Shown here piece after piece: positions 7,214 through 16,969 of a stretch of DNA of 64,000 nt. The stretch is taken from positions 26,592-90,591 of the forward strand of contig JAOZUO010000003.1 in NCBI GenBank assembly GCA_029938605.1, written 5' to 3'. Made by a program: the position numbers and the translations under genes. Under the pieces are notes generated by a model. That model worked only from the letters and a program-made list of their open reading frames with translations, was not told the DNA's origin and ran no database searches. The DNA comes from Deltaproteobacteria bacterium (lineage in GTDB: Bacteria > Myxococcota_A > Polyangia > HGW-17 > JAJRWW01). Within the stretch, counting starts at the first letter, position 1; each line of letters begins with the position of its first letter.

Positions 7214-9460
7214 ATGGGAAAATGGGAAAAGCTCGCGGATGACATCGAAGACGAAGAGGCGCATACCAAGGTGCCCGAGTTCGAAGACTCAGTGGTGGAC
7301 GTGGTGGATCCAGCAGACGTCACCATGCCGCCAGAGATCCACGGCTGTCAGGTGATCGAGCGGCGCCATCCGGGCGGACAGTCGGAAGTGTTCTACTGCC
7401 GGCCTGACGGCGTGGTCTACTCCGAAGTCCAGGCCACCGAGCTCATGAATGCTTTCCGGGCCGGTGCGGCGGCTGGCGGCCCGCCAGCGGTTAGCGGCCC
7501 GGCGGCCGACATGGTCATCGACACCCTCGGCTCCGGAGAGGACGTGCCCGCGCAGCTCCGAGGCGCGAAGCTGGTGGACCGGGGGGGGAGCTTCTTTTTC
7601 ATCACGGTCGATGGCGGGGAGCTGCCCAAGGAGATAGGCGACAGCCTCTTTGAGGCCTTCGAATCCCCCGAGGTCACCAACCCGGGACTGGAGGTCAAGG
7701 CCGCCGACCTGCCTCAGGAATCCATGCCGGCGCCTCTGCCCACCGAAACGGTCATCGACACCCTGGGCGACGGTCCGGACGTACCTCCGGCGCTCCGCGG
7801 CGCGAACCTGGTGGAGCGGGACGGTAGCTTCTTTTTCATAACACCGGACCAGGAGGCCATCCCCAAGGAGATCGGCGACGATCTGTTCGACGCCTGGGAT
7901 GCGCCGGAAGAGGGGGAGGCCGTCCCCCAGGAACAACCAGCCGCGCCAACGCCGGAGGCTGAGGTACAAGCGCCTGAACCCCAGGCTCAAGAGCCGGAGC
8001 CGGAGCCGGAGCCAGAGCCGGAGCCGGAGCCGGAACCTGAACCCGCACCAGCGCCAGAGTCGGAGGCAGAGGTTCAAGAGCCAGCACCAGCACCAGCGCC
8101 AGAGGCGGAAGCGGAGCCAGAGCCAGAGCCAGAGCCGGAGCCGGAACCAGAGCCGGAGCCGGAGCCGGAACCAGAGCCGGAGCCGGAGCCGGAGCCGGAA
8201 TCAGAACCAGAACCAGAACCAGAACCAGAGGCGGAAGCGGAGCCAGAAGCGGAAGCGGAAGCGGAAGCGGAAGCAAGCAGCCCTGGACCGGAGGAGGAGA
8301 TCCTGGAGTTCCTCGGCACCGGGGAAGAGGTCCCGCCGAGGCTTCGAGGCGGCCGCATGGTCAAACGGGTAGACGGCTTCTATTACGTGACAGCGAACAA
8401 CGAAGTCCTCCCGGCCGATATCGGCGAGGACCTCATTGAGGCCTGGAACTCCGAGGCGGAAGCGGAACCTCCCCCGGCCGACGACCGGGAACCCAACCCC
8501 GTGAACAAACCCTTCGGCTACGGCGACTACGGACCGGTCACCGTCCCGAACTACGTCCTGCCCGAGACCATCGACGTACCCCAGTCAGCCGCTCCAACGG
8601 GGCCGAGCGCCGCGCCCACCGCCGACGAGCCCACCGCCGACGAGCCTACCGCCGACGAACCCACCGCCGACGAGCCCACCGCCGACGAACCCACCGCCGA
8701 CGAGCCCATCGTCGACGAACCCAAAGTCGAGGCAACCTCCGCTCCAGTCACCGAGAAGCTGGAGGCCGGGAGTCTGGAAGATCGGCTCAGACAAGCCGTG
8801 ACCACCGTCCGACGGGAGGCGACCACGGGGGCCTTCAATGTGGCCCAAGCCACCCCCACGCCCGAGCAAATGGAGTCGCTGGTGAACGAGCTCATCGACT
8901 CCGAGCCCACAGACACCATGCTCTCACGCATGGTACTTCGCTCCACCCAACTGACCGAGCAGATCTCCGAAGCCTGGGCGGACGACGAGAGCCGGGGCCG
9001 CCAGGCTCTGCACCGGGACGTAGTCAGCGGCACCTTGCTCGTAGTCGCCGTGAACCCAACCCAACTCAAGGACCTGGATGTGCTCGGCCTGCTCACCCTC
9101 CTTCGCTTTCGCACCACGAAAGGGACCGACCGGGTGGTGGCCGAATTGGCCAAGACCCTACGCTCCAAGCTGGCCGACGATCTCAACCGAGCCATCAAGG
9201 CCTCCTCCCTCACCGACCAGGTCCTGCAGGGCGCACGATCTACGGCCGGCGTCGTCGTCCATGGACAGCTATGGCCCGAGGGGGTCACCCTCCTGGTCGC
9301 CCAGACCATTACCCGCGAGATCTCTCTGACCGTAGGTGAGGTATTGAGCGGCTATCGGGAGAAGGGATACGCCTTCCCGGGCCTTGCGGAAAAGGTCCTC
9401 GAAGCCTATCGTCACTTCGCGACGGATATCGGCGAACGAGTGGCCCGTGCCATCGAGTAG
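7214..9460 (+). CDS. large acidic repeat protein of unknown function
   Basis: 748 aa. It has three tandem ~55-aa repeats ([49 protein letters not shown] and two variants), a long (PE)n/(EPEA)n tract, six PTADE repeats, and a ~230-aa C-terminal region that is not low-complexity. Confidence 0.7.
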   Translation: MGKWEKLADDIEDEEAHTKVPEFEDSVVDVVDPADVTMPPEIHGCQVIERRHPGGQSEVFYCRPDGVVYSEVQATELMNAFRAGAAAGGPPAVSGPAADMVIDTLGSGEDVPAQLRGAKLVDRGGSFFFITVDGGELPKEIGDSLFEAFESPEVTNPGLEVKAADLPQESMPAPLPTETVIDTLGDGPDVPPALRGANLVERDGSFFFITPDQEAIPKEIGDDLFDAWDAPEEGEAVPQEQPAAPTPEAEVQAPEPQAQEPEPEPEPEPEPEPEPEPAPAPESEAEVQEPAPAPAPEAEAEPEPEPEPEPEPEPEPEPEPEPEPEPEPESEPEPEPEPEAEAEPEAEAEAEAEASSPGPEEEILEFLGTGEEVPPRLRGGRMVKRVDGFYYVTANNEVLPADIGEDLIEAWNSEAEAEPPPADDREPNPVNKPFGYGDYGPVTVPNYVLPETIDVPQSAAPTGPSAAPTADEPTADEPTADEPTADEPTADEPTADEPIVDEPKVEATSAPVTEKLEAGSLEDRLRQAVTTVRREATTGAFNVAQATPTPEQMESLVNELIDSEPTDTMLSRMVLRSTQLTEQISEAWADDESRGRQALHRDVVSGTLLVVAVNPTQLKDLDVLGLLTLLRFRTTKGTDRVVAELAKTLRSKLADDLNRAIKASSLTDQVLQGARSTAGVVVHGQLWPEGVTLLVAQTITREISLTVGEVLSGYREKGYAFPGLAEKVLEAYRHFATDIGERVARAIE

Positions 9461-9496
9461 GCCATACGCCCCTTCGATGACCTGCGAGGAGTCAAC

Positions 9497-9859
9497 ATGT
9501 TCAAAGCCCACCTCAGAACCCCGACCCAACCCAAGGCTTCGTCATTGAGGCGGGTCCTCACCGTCGTACTACTCGCCCTGGGGCTCTGCTTGTCGCCCCT
9601 GCTCGTGGGTGGCTGCAAAAAGAAAGCCCCCAAGCTGAGCAAAAACGAATGCGATCGTTTCTGCAAACGACTGGTTCCCTGCTTCGCCCAGAAGATGGCC
9701 AACTTTTCCATGAAGCAGGAAGAGGACATCCGGGAGTGCATCCAGAACTGCACCAGCAAAGACGCGGCGCAACACGCGCAAACCCTGCGCGCCATGAAAA
9801 AGTGCGGCGACATCAAGGACTGCGCCAAGCTCCGCAAGTGCTTCGGCGAGACCATGTGA
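9497..9859 (+). CDS. small cysteine-rich lipoprotein
   Basis: Signal peptide plus lipobox (LLVGGC), then 9 Cys in 80 aa (CDRFCKRLVPC...CIQNC...CGDIKDC...C). A paralog lies at 24197-24529. Confidence 0.5.
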   Translation: MFKAHLRTPTQPKASSLRRVLTVVLLALGLCLSPLLVGGCKKKAPKLSKNECDRFCKRLVPCFAQKMANFSMKQEEDIRECIQNCTSKDAAQHAQTLRAMKKCGDIKDCAKLRKCFGETM

Positions 9860-9879
9860 CGACACCATCTCAGGCCAAT

Positions 9880-10845
9880 GTGCGCGGACTGCTGTGGTTG
9901 CTGGCGGCGTGGTTTTCGAGCGGCTGCGGCGACGACTCCCCCGCTCCGAAGGATCCGGGTCCCCCCACGAAACTGGCCCAGCAGCGTCTACACGCCCCGG
10001 GAGAGCTACGGCTCACCTCCGCCGGCGAAAAGCCCCGGGTGAAACTCCGCTACCGACTGGAGCCCGGGCAGTTTCAGGGCTTCCGCACACGCGTGAACGT
10101 CAAGCACCAGGCCGCTGGTCAGACCTCCTCGCTTACGACTCTGCTGGACTGGGAGCGTCGGGTGACCGACGTTGCCGCGGGCTGGGCCCAGGCCGAAGTG
10201 ACCGTGAGGAAGGTGCGCCTGGCGCGGCCGCCCTCCATCCGTGAGGACGTGGTGCGACGACTCAAGAACCTCAAGCTGCGCTTTTCCATGACCGCACGCG
10301 GTCGTGTCCGAGGCGCTGAAAAGGACTCAGGGCTCGGTGACCCATTGACCAAGGGGCTGGTCAAAAACCTCACCGCGCCGCTACCCGATGACGCTGTGGG
10401 CGACGGCGCCACCTGGGAGCGATACGAACCCGTGGACCTCACCCTGCCCAAAACCAACCACCCGCTGCGCCTGGGCGTTCGCACCCGGTACACCCTGGCT
10501 CTGGTGAAGCGCGGCGGACGGGAGCGGTTCGCGGTGATCACCAGCCGGATCCAGCTCACAGCCCGGTCGACGACGAGCTCTCCATCCGGCCAACGCATCA
10601 CCGGAGGCGGCAAGGGCACCGGCGAGCTGAAGCTCGACCTGAAGCACGCCACCGTGATCTTGGCCAAGTCAGAGATTACCGTCGAATTGAGCCTCAAGGA
10701 GAAGGGGCGCAACCGCACCCTCAAACAGACCACGACATCCTCCACCCGGGCCATCAAGCTCCGCCCGCGGCCCCCACGCCCCCGCCCCACGGGGTCGGGC
10801 CCTCACCCCTACCCCTACCCCTTCAGACCGGCCACACCCGGGTAG
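9880..10845 (+). CDS. lipoprotein, paralog 1 of a tandem pair
   Basis: GTG start giving M-RGLLWLLAAWFSSGC (lipoprotein signal). Shares an LRYRxxPGQ-containing N-domain with the downstream paralog. Pro-rich tail. Confidence 0.55.
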   Translation: MRGLLWLLAAWFSSGCGDDSPAPKDPGPPTKLAQQRLHAPGELRLTSAGEKPRVKLRYRLEPGQFQGFRTRVNVKHQAAGQTSSLTTLLDWERRVTDVAAGWAQAEVTVRKVRLARPPSIREDVVRRLKNLKLRFSMTARGRVRGAEKDSGLGDPLTKGLVKNLTAPLPDDAVGDGATWERYEPVDLTLPKTNHPLRLGVRTRYTLALVKRGGRERFAVITSRIQLTARSTTSSPSGQRITGGGKGTGELKLDLKHATVILAKSEITVELSLKEKGRNRTLKQTTTSSTRAIKLRPRPPRPRPTGSGPHPYPYPFRPATPG

Positions 10846-10899
10846 TATGTGATCGAGTGTAAAAGTGTGGTAGTACGACCAGCAATGACTCGCATCCAA

Positions 10900-11062
10900 A
10901 ATAGGGTCCGACCAGGAACAAGCAGGTCTGTTCAGGTCGTCGAGGCGCCCCGCTGGCAAGGACAGAGGAGCGAGGAAATCTCATTGATTCCGAGTAACGA
11001 GGGACGCAGTCAGCGGGGATGGATCGGCGGACTGGGCGATCTGGTTATTCCTGGTCGGGCCC
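10900..11062. repeat. second copy of the family A/B imperfect palindromic element, between the two paralogous lipoprotein genes
   Basis: ~88% identical to 5145-5306. TIRs are gggtccgaccaggaac / attcctggtcgggccc. Carries gaggaaatctcaTTG in frame with the downstream gene. Confidence 0.75.
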
Positions 11063-11940
11063 TTAGCCGATGGTCCTTCGGCCTGATCGTCTTCGCTGGG
11101 CTGGTACTAGCCGACGGTGGCTGCTCCAAGAGTCGGGCGGACGATTTCTCGAAGTTCAAGCCGTCAGAGTCCCTCCAGTCCCCGGGCGCCACTCCGCGTA
11201 CGCAGCTACGCTATCGCCCCCCCGCGGGCCAGGACGTGACCTACCAGCTCATCGTGAACCGTCAGTGCCAAGCCCTCGGCCTCCAGGCGAAGATGCGGCT
11301 GCGGGTGGCCTTGAAGGTGGACACCCTGAGCAGCGGTGGAGGCTCCTTTGTGCTGCGCTTGATCAGCCTACAGCGACTGCAACCCCTTCCCCCCGGCGGG
11401 CTGCCTGAGCTGGGACCCGCCTACGTACTGCTCCAGGGCCGAATCGGACCTCGGGGACGATTGACCGAAATTCAGGACGGCGACAGGTTGCCCACACCGG
11501 TGAACCTCGCCCTCGTGTTGCCGCTGCTGCTGCCCCGTTTGCCCGAGTCCTCCGTGGGCATCGGCGCCACCTGGCGCACGTCGGCTAAGCAGCGCTGGAA
11601 GCGCGTCCATTCCGCCGACGCGCTCACCAGCCAGCCGGGCTTCAACGGCTCCACGGAGGTGCTGCTGCACAGCGCCTACAAGCTCACCGCGCTGCAAAAC
11701 GCCAACCAACCCGTGCTCCAGGGCGACCTCAGTTTCAAGCTCCGCAGCCGCACCCGCGCCCTGAGCCACGCTACCCACCATGGAGGTCAAGGCAAAGCCA
11801 CGGCGCGCTACGTTCTGGACCCCACCACCTCTCTCCCCGTCCACGCCAAGGTCACCCTCCAAGGCACGTACAAGCTACACGCCAACGACAAAACCGCCCC
11901 CATCAAAGAGACCATCGAGCTAACCTTCAAACAGGACTGA
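10984..11940 (+). CDS. lipoprotein, paralog 2. The start is uncertain; a TTG inside the repeat element is the first in-frame start.
   Basis: Same frame as track ORF 10849-11940. Has a hydrophobic leader SFGLIVFAGLVLADGGC and TQLRYRPPAGQ resembling paralog 1. No ATG or GTG lies between the repeat and the leader. Confidence 0.45.
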   Translation: MIPSNEGRSQRGWIGGLGDLVIPGRALSRWSFGLIVFAGLVLADGGCSKSRADDFSKFKPSESLQSPGATPRTQLRYRPPAGQDVTYQLIVNRQCQALGLQAKMRLRVALKVDTLSSGGGSFVLRLISLQRLQPLPPGGLPELGPAYVLLQGRIGPRGRLTEIQDGDRLPTPVNLALVLPLLLPRLPESSVGIGATWRTSAKQRWKRVHSADALTSQPGFNGSTEVLLHSAYKLTALQNANQPVLQGDLSFKLRSRTRALSHATHHGGQGKATARYVLDPTTSLPVHAKVTLQGTYKLHANDKTAPIKETIELTFKQD

Positions 11941-11941
11941 G

Positions 11942-13300
11942 CTAGGGTTTCGGCAGGACCCGGGCGACCAGATCGTACTCGGCGCTCTGCTCCACTTCGG
12001 CGCGGACCAGGCGGCCGGGGCGGGGATCTTCCAGATCGGCGAGGTGCACCAGGCCGTCCACCTCGGGGGCCTGTCCCGCGTGGCGGCCGGCGGCCAGCAG
12101 GTCGGTCTCGGGGGACGGCCCGTCTACCAAAACGTCCAGGGTCGCGCCCACGAGTCTAGAGAGCCGCTCGCCGGAAATCTGCTGCTGCTGCGTGAGTAGC
12201 CGCTGTTGACGGGCGAGGGCAACCTCGGAGGGTGGAGCCTCCAGCGCGAAGGCGGGGGTAGACTCCTCGGGGGAGTAGGCGAAGACGCCCACGTGATCCA
12301 ACTGGGCCTGGGCGCAAAAGTCCACGAGGGACGCAAAGGCCGCCTCGTCCTCGCCCGGGTGCCCCACCAGCAAGGTAGTGCGCAAAAAGATATTGTCCAC
12401 GGCGCCACGGAGACGGTCCATGAGACGCCTCACATCGTCGCCTCGATACCCCCGTCGCATGATCCGAAGCACTTTGTCATCCACGTGCTGCACGGGTACG
12501 TCCAGATAGGGCACCACGGGGAGCCCCTCGGCCAGGACCCCGATGAGGGCGTCATCGGCCTCGCTGGGATAGGCGTACAGGAGACGGATCCAGTCCAGCC
12601 CATCCACCCTGCGAAGGTCCCGTAGGAGCCCCGCCAACCCCGGACGCGGCGACAGGTCCCGCCCATAGGCCGTGAGATCCTGAGCCACCAGGTTCACCTC
12701 ACGAACACCGCCTGCAACCAACTGCCGCACCTCGGTGACGATGGACGCCATCGGGCGACTTTGCTGCGACCCACGGATGCCCGGCACGGCGCAAAAGGCG
12801 CACTGGCGGTCGCACCCTTCGGACACCTTCACGTAGGCGGTGTGCGGACCCAGGGAGGGGTTCCGCTCGTAGGTGTGATCGTACAGGAAGGACCGGCCCG
12901 GATCAGCGCGTAGGCGCCCCTGGCCCCCCATGAGGTCCACGACCTCAGCCAGGTTCGCAGTGCCGATGAGCTTGTCGGCCTCGGGCAGCTCCGCGGCCAG
13001 GTCCGCGCCGTAGCGCTGCACCATACAGCCGGCCACCACCAGGGTCTCGCACCTCCCCGTGCGCTTGAGCTCGGCGGCCTCCAGCACGGCGTCCACGGAC
13101 TCGGTCCGCGCCGCCTCGATGAAGCCGCAGGTGTTGACCAGCACCACCTCGGCCTCCTCGGGCTCAGCCACCGGACGGTACCCCGCCGTACGAAGCAGGC
13201 CCAGGAGCACCTCGGAATCCACCCGGTTCTTGGCGCACCCCAGGGAGACGATGTAAATGGTCTTGGACGGGTCGGCGGTCTTGGAGGGGTCAGCGGTCAT
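11942..13300 (-). CDS. rimO: ribosomal protein S12 methylthiotransferase RimO (radical SAM MTTase)
   Basis: MTTase N-domain IYIVSLGCAKNRVDSE...VNTCGFI, radical SAM CDRQCAFC, C-terminal TRAM domain. Confidence 0.75.
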   Translation of the reverse strand: MTADPSKTADPSKTIYIVSLGCAKNRVDSEVLLGLLRTAGYRPVAEPEEAEVVLVNTCGFIEAARTESVDAVLEAAELKRTGRCETLVVAGCMVQRYGADLAAELPEADKLIGTANLAEVVDLMGGQGRLRADPGRSFLYDHTYERNPSLGPHTAYVKVSEGCDRQCAFCAVPGIRGSQQSRPMASIVTEVRQLVAGGVREVNLVAQDLTAYGRDLSPRPGLAGLLRDLRRVDGLDWIRLLYAYPSEADDALIGVLAEGLPVVPYLDVPVQHVDDKVLRIMRRGYRGDDVRRLMDRLRGAVDNIFLRTTLLVGHPGEDEAAFASLVDFCAQAQLDHVGVFAYSPEESTPAFALEAPPSEVALARQQRLLTQQQQISGERLSRLVGATLDVLVDGPSPETDLLAAGRHAGQAPEVDGLVHLADLEDPRPGRLVRAEVEQSAEYDLVARVLPKP

Positions 13301-14127
13301 CAGTCGTCAGACTTCTTACCCTTGGCCGGGATCTTAGTCGAGCTCTCGGTCGGGCTCGGACTCGGGCTCGGGCTCGAGCTCGGGCTCGAGCGCCGAGCCT
13401 CGAGGCGCCCGAGGCGCTTGCGCACCGACAGGGCCAACAGCACCACTCCCAGGGTGGCTCCCAAGCCGAGCAGGAGCCCCAGCAGGCCGAGCAACCGAGC
13501 GAGGCTGTCCATCTTGAAGGACCGCTTGAGTTTGACGAGATCCCGCTGGCGCACCGGGCTGTCCCGCTCGATGACCGCGGTGACGCTGCGACCCGCCATG
13601 GCGTCCATGGTAGGGGTCGGGCCGGACGTCATGCCGGGCGTCATCCCCGGTCCCGGTGTCATGCCCGGGGTCATGGCCGTGACCGCTCCGGGCGGACCCA
13701 GCTCACAGGTAGGCCGGGCGGTGATGGCCTTGCCCCGCACCACGCGGAAAGCCAGAATGCGAGCCTTCTGAAAGTCCGAGGGGCAAAAGACCACGTCGGT
13801 CTTGGTGACATTCACCATGCGCTTGAAAGTCTTCACCGGGGCGCCGATGGCCCGAGCGCGGTACATGTACCGCTTGAGGGTGGGGTTGTCGTCCCGGGCA
13901 AACATCAGCCGCTCCACCCCGGGGGGCGGAGTCGCGTGAACAAGGCGGGGAATGCCACAGCCGGGGATGGCGTCCAGCTTCTGGGGCTTACCCCACTTAC
14001 AGACCACCTTCTGCCTGGGCTGCACCACCTGCGCCATCGCCCGGCCACCGGGAAGGGCCGAGACCAGACCCAGGACCAAGCCGGGGACCAAGCCAATCCA
14101 AAGTTGCCCGCGAATCGAACGCAGCAT
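13300..14127 (-). CDS. hypothetical secreted/membrane-anchored protein
   Basis: N-terminal signal peptide, PGMT repeats, C-terminal TM helix and an SPSPSP tail. Confidence 0.45.
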   Translation of the reverse strand: MLRSIRGQLWIGLVPGLVLGLVSALPGGRAMAQVVQPRQKVVCKWGKPQKLDAIPGCGIPRLVHATPPPGVERLMFARDDNPTLKRYMYRARAIGAPVKTFKRMVNVTKTDVVFCPSDFQKARILAFRVVRGKAITARPTCELGPPGAVTAMTPGMTPGPGMTPGMTSGPTPTMDAMAGRSVTAVIERDSPVRQRDLVKLKRSFKMDSLARLLGLLGLLLGLGATLGVVLLALSVRKRLGRLEARRSSPSSSPSPSPSPTESSTKIPAKGKKSDD

Positions 14128-14285
14128 GACTCCTCCGCTGCAAGCGCCGCCATGGAAGGCGACAGTTTCAGAAAGGCGCAGTGTAGCGCGTCAGGCCGCC
14201 TACGACAAACGCCCATACACGGTTCCTGATACGCTGGTTTGGGGGGTCGGCTTCCCTATCGGAAATCACATTTCTGACCTGCGCC

Positions 14286-15644
14286 CTAGGAACTGGGTTC
14301 GGCGGCGCTCACGGGCACAACGGCCGAAGCAGAGGCAGAAGCCGAGACCGGGGCCAGGGCCGAGGTCGAGCGATACCGATCGCCATGCGAAGCCGCTCCC
14401 AGGTCGCGCGCGCCGGAGGTTGGCCGCCCGGCACGACGCTGGCGCTGATAAAAGTACTGCGCCACGAACGCCATCAACGCCAGGGCGCTGCACACCAGCA
14501 GCACCGGGCGCATGGCCCCCGCGGTGGGCGCGTTGCCAGCAGCCCCGGTGCCGGTGAGCTTGAAGATGAGACTCAGCAGTGGCGCCACCGCGAGCAGCAC
14601 CAACCGCTTGGCCGCGCTCTCGGCCGACAGCACCGTGGCGCGCACGCCGGAATCGGACATCTCCTCGTTGATCAGGGTCTTGACCACCGGCGAGTACACC
14701 CCGGTGACCACGTAGTGACTGACCATGAGCCCCACCACCATGAGCGGCCCAAGCAGGCCCATGAACAGGTAACAGACCACCAGCACGGCCGGCAGCGCCC
14801 ACAGGATGGGCTCCTGCCAACGCTCCCAGTTGGCCCGCCCCAGACGCAGGGCCGCCGCGGCGCCCACGAAGTTGAGCCCAGCGAAGGCCAGCCCGATTCC
14901 CAGGAAATTGAACCCCTGATTCTTGAGCACGGGCTGGAAGAGCGTGCCGCTCAGGATGACCAGGGTAAACAGCAGGGCCGAGTAGACGAGCAACCAACAC
15001 AGGGCCGGGCTCCGGCGAATGGTGTCGAGCCCCTGGCGCATGCCCATCAGCAGCCCCGGCCCCTGGGGTTGGGTGGCCTCACCGCGAACGCGTCCGCGGG
15101 TGGCCGGGAAGAAGAAGGTCACCCCGAAGGCACCGGCACAGGTGACGGCGGTCACCAGGAAAGTGGCGTCAGGACTGCGCACGAAGGCCAGCATTCCCCC
15201 CGCCGCGGCGGCGACGCCAAGGCCCACATACTTCGCCGCGTTGGCGACGGCCTCCCGACGCAGGTACTCTTTGGCCCGGCCGGCGGCTTTGAGTTGATCG
15301 TACAGATAGGCCGAGTCCGCGCCCGAAGTGAGCGTCAAGCCAGCGGCGAAGAGAACCTCGCAAAGAGCCAGCGCGGCGAAACCCGGAGCCACGTAGTACC
15401 CCACCGAGGCCACGGCCATGAGCAAGGAGCCCAGCCGCATGGATCTCCTTCGACCCAGGCGATCCGCCCAGGCACCCGTGGGCACCTCCAGGGTGAAAGC
15501 CGCCGCGGTGAAGATCGTCTGCAACAGCAAGATCTCGGCCATGGACAGGCCCCGGGCCAGGAACACAAAGACGAACACAGCCTTGTGCAGGTGTGCCGTA
15601 CACAGAGCCCGGTAGAGGTTATAAAGCCAGAGAGTCCGCGCCAT
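14286..15644 (-). CDS. MFS transporter
   Basis: ~12 predicted TM helices. MFS motif-like GAWADRLGRRRSM after TM2. Confidence 0.7.
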   Translation of the reverse strand: MARTLWLYNLYRALCTAHLHKAVFVFVFLARGLSMAEILLLQTIFTAAAFTLEVPTGAWADRLGRRRSMRLGSLLMAVASVGYYVAPGFAALALCEVLFAAGLTLTSGADSAYLYDQLKAAGRAKEYLRREAVANAAKYVGLGVAAAAGGMLAFVRSPDATFLVTAVTCAGAFGVTFFFPATRGRVRGEATQPQGPGLLMGMRQGLDTIRRSPALCWLLVYSALLFTLVILSGTLFQPVLKNQGFNFLGIGLAFAGLNFVGAAAALRLGRANWERWQEPILWALPAVLVVCYLFMGLLGPLMVVGLMVSHYVVTGVYSPVVKTLINEEMSDSGVRATVLSAESAAKRLVLLAVAPLLSLIFKLTGTGAAGNAPTAGAMRPVLLVCSALALMAFVAQYFYQRQRRAGRPTSGARDLGAASHGDRYRSTSALAPVSASASASAVVPVSAAEPSS

Positions 15645-15646
15645 GA

Positions 15647-16969
15647 TTACCGCGCCTCCGCTCTAGCTTGGGCCGTCAGGATCACGATGGCCGCCGCGGC
15701 CGTCAGCCGGGCGTTCTCACTGTCCGACGTCAGGTCGGGCGCCATCTTGGCCACCAGGGTTACGTCTCCGTAGGCACGGAGGGCCTGGGCCGCCTCCTCC
15801 CGCAGGGCCGTATGTTCCAAGGCCCGGACCAGGGCCGGGCGCGCCTCGGGAGCACCCAACTTCTGCAGGGCCAAGGCCACCCCCATGTGCATACCCGGCT
15901 CTTTCATGCGCGCCTTGAGCACAGCGAGCCCTATGCGGTCTCCCTTCATACCCAGGGCCACAGCAGCTCGGAGGCGATCGTACGGCGCGCGAGATTTTTG
16001 TAAAACCTCGCGCAGGTAGACCTGCCCCTTCTGATCCCCTAAGCGCACCAGCGCCTCGTAGGAGGTCATACGGTGCTGCCGGAGCCGAGCCAGCTGCCTG
16101 ATAACCCGCATCCCGGCCGAGTCGCCGCAACGAGCCAAGGCAAAGGCCGACGCCCACTGGACCGGTCTGCGGCGGGACACGAGGTCCTTTTTGAGCGCCG
16201 CGTTTCCCTCGGTGTGACCCAGGCGGGCGAGGGCCTCCGCCGCTCTTTGTCGGTTGGGCCACTTGTTGGATGCCAGAGCCTTACGCAAGACATCGAGGGC
16301 CCCGGCGTGCCCTTGCCCAGCGAGCACCCGGGCCGCCGTACGCCAATATCGCCCTGTGGAGTTGGCGAGGAATCCCTCCAAAATGGTCCAGGAACGCTTC
16401 TTGAGGGTCATGAGGCTCGGCCGGCGGCGGGTCCGGGGCGGCTCCACCACCTCCGGTGCCATCTCCCTACCGGCAGGCGCGACGCCGGAATTCACGGGCG
16501 GAGGCGACGAATTCAGGCTGCTCAAAGTGGCCGAAAGCGATGCCCGGTCAGTGGACACCCCGCCCGCAAAAGAGAGGATCAGAACCCCCACGATCACAAG
16601 CACCAGGGAGCACCCTCCCACCATTGTCGACAAGATCACTCGCCGCCGTCGGGACTCCGCCGGCGCGGGTGTCTCCACCGCCAGAGCCGAGACCTGCGGA
16701 GGTCCGGCGGGATCGGCAGCCGCGCCCGGCAGGGCCCGAGGTCGGGCGACGACCGCCGCCGAGGACTCCTCCTCGACGCGCGTACCCGATCCATCGGTGT
16801 CGGGTCGCAGAGCGGAACCAGACGAATCCTGGGACGCGAGCCCCTCGAGCACCCCCTCCCGGCAGGCCTCCGAACAGCACATCACCACACGATCATCCAC
16901 CACGAGGGGCGCATCCCCAAGCAGCGGATGCACCTCGCCGTGGCAACCGGGACAAGAGACCATGGTCAT
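15647..16969 (-). CDS. HEAT-repeat protein with an N-terminal Cys-rich zinc-ribbon-like segment and one TM helix
   Basis: N-terminal CPGCHGE...CCSEAC, then a TM helix (VGGCSLVLVIVGVLILSFAGG). The C-terminal half consists of PBS-lyase/HEAT-like repeats (LARLGHTEG..., LARCGDSAG..., LGMKGDRIG...). Confidence 0.55.
   Translation of the reverse strand: MTMVSCPGCHGEVHPLLGDAPLVVDDRVVMCCSEACREGVLEGLASQDSSGSALRPDTDGSGTRVEEESSAAVVARPRALPGAAADPAGPPQVSALAVETPAPAESRRRRVILSTMVGGCSLVLVIVGVLILSFAGGVSTDRASLSATLSSLNSSPPPVNSGVAPAGREMAPEVVEPPRTRRRPSLMTLKKRSWTILEGFLANSTGRYWRTAARVLAGQGHAGALDVLRKALASNKWPNRQRAAEALARLGHTEGNAALKKDLVSRRRPVQWASAFALARCGDSAGMRVIRQLARLRQHRMTSYEALVRLGDQKGQVYLREVLQKSRAPYDRLRAAVALGMKGDRIGLAVLKARMKEPGMHMGVALALQKLGAPEARPALVRALEHTALREEAAQALRAYGDVTLVAKMAPDLTSDSENARLTAAAAIVILTAQARAEAR

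Noticed and set aside
7836-8372. Minus- and plus-strand ORFs made of PL/ PA or RS/RN repeats inside the acidic protein gene
   Set aside because: These are alternative-frame translations of the GAGCCG microsatellite. The true frame is the one that also encodes the non-repetitive N- and C-terminal domains.
9649-9879. N-terminal 77 codons of track ORF 9649-10845 overlapping the Cys-rich lipoprotein gene
   Set aside because: It is a different frame of a supported gene. The lipoprotein signal peptide begins at the GTG at 9880.
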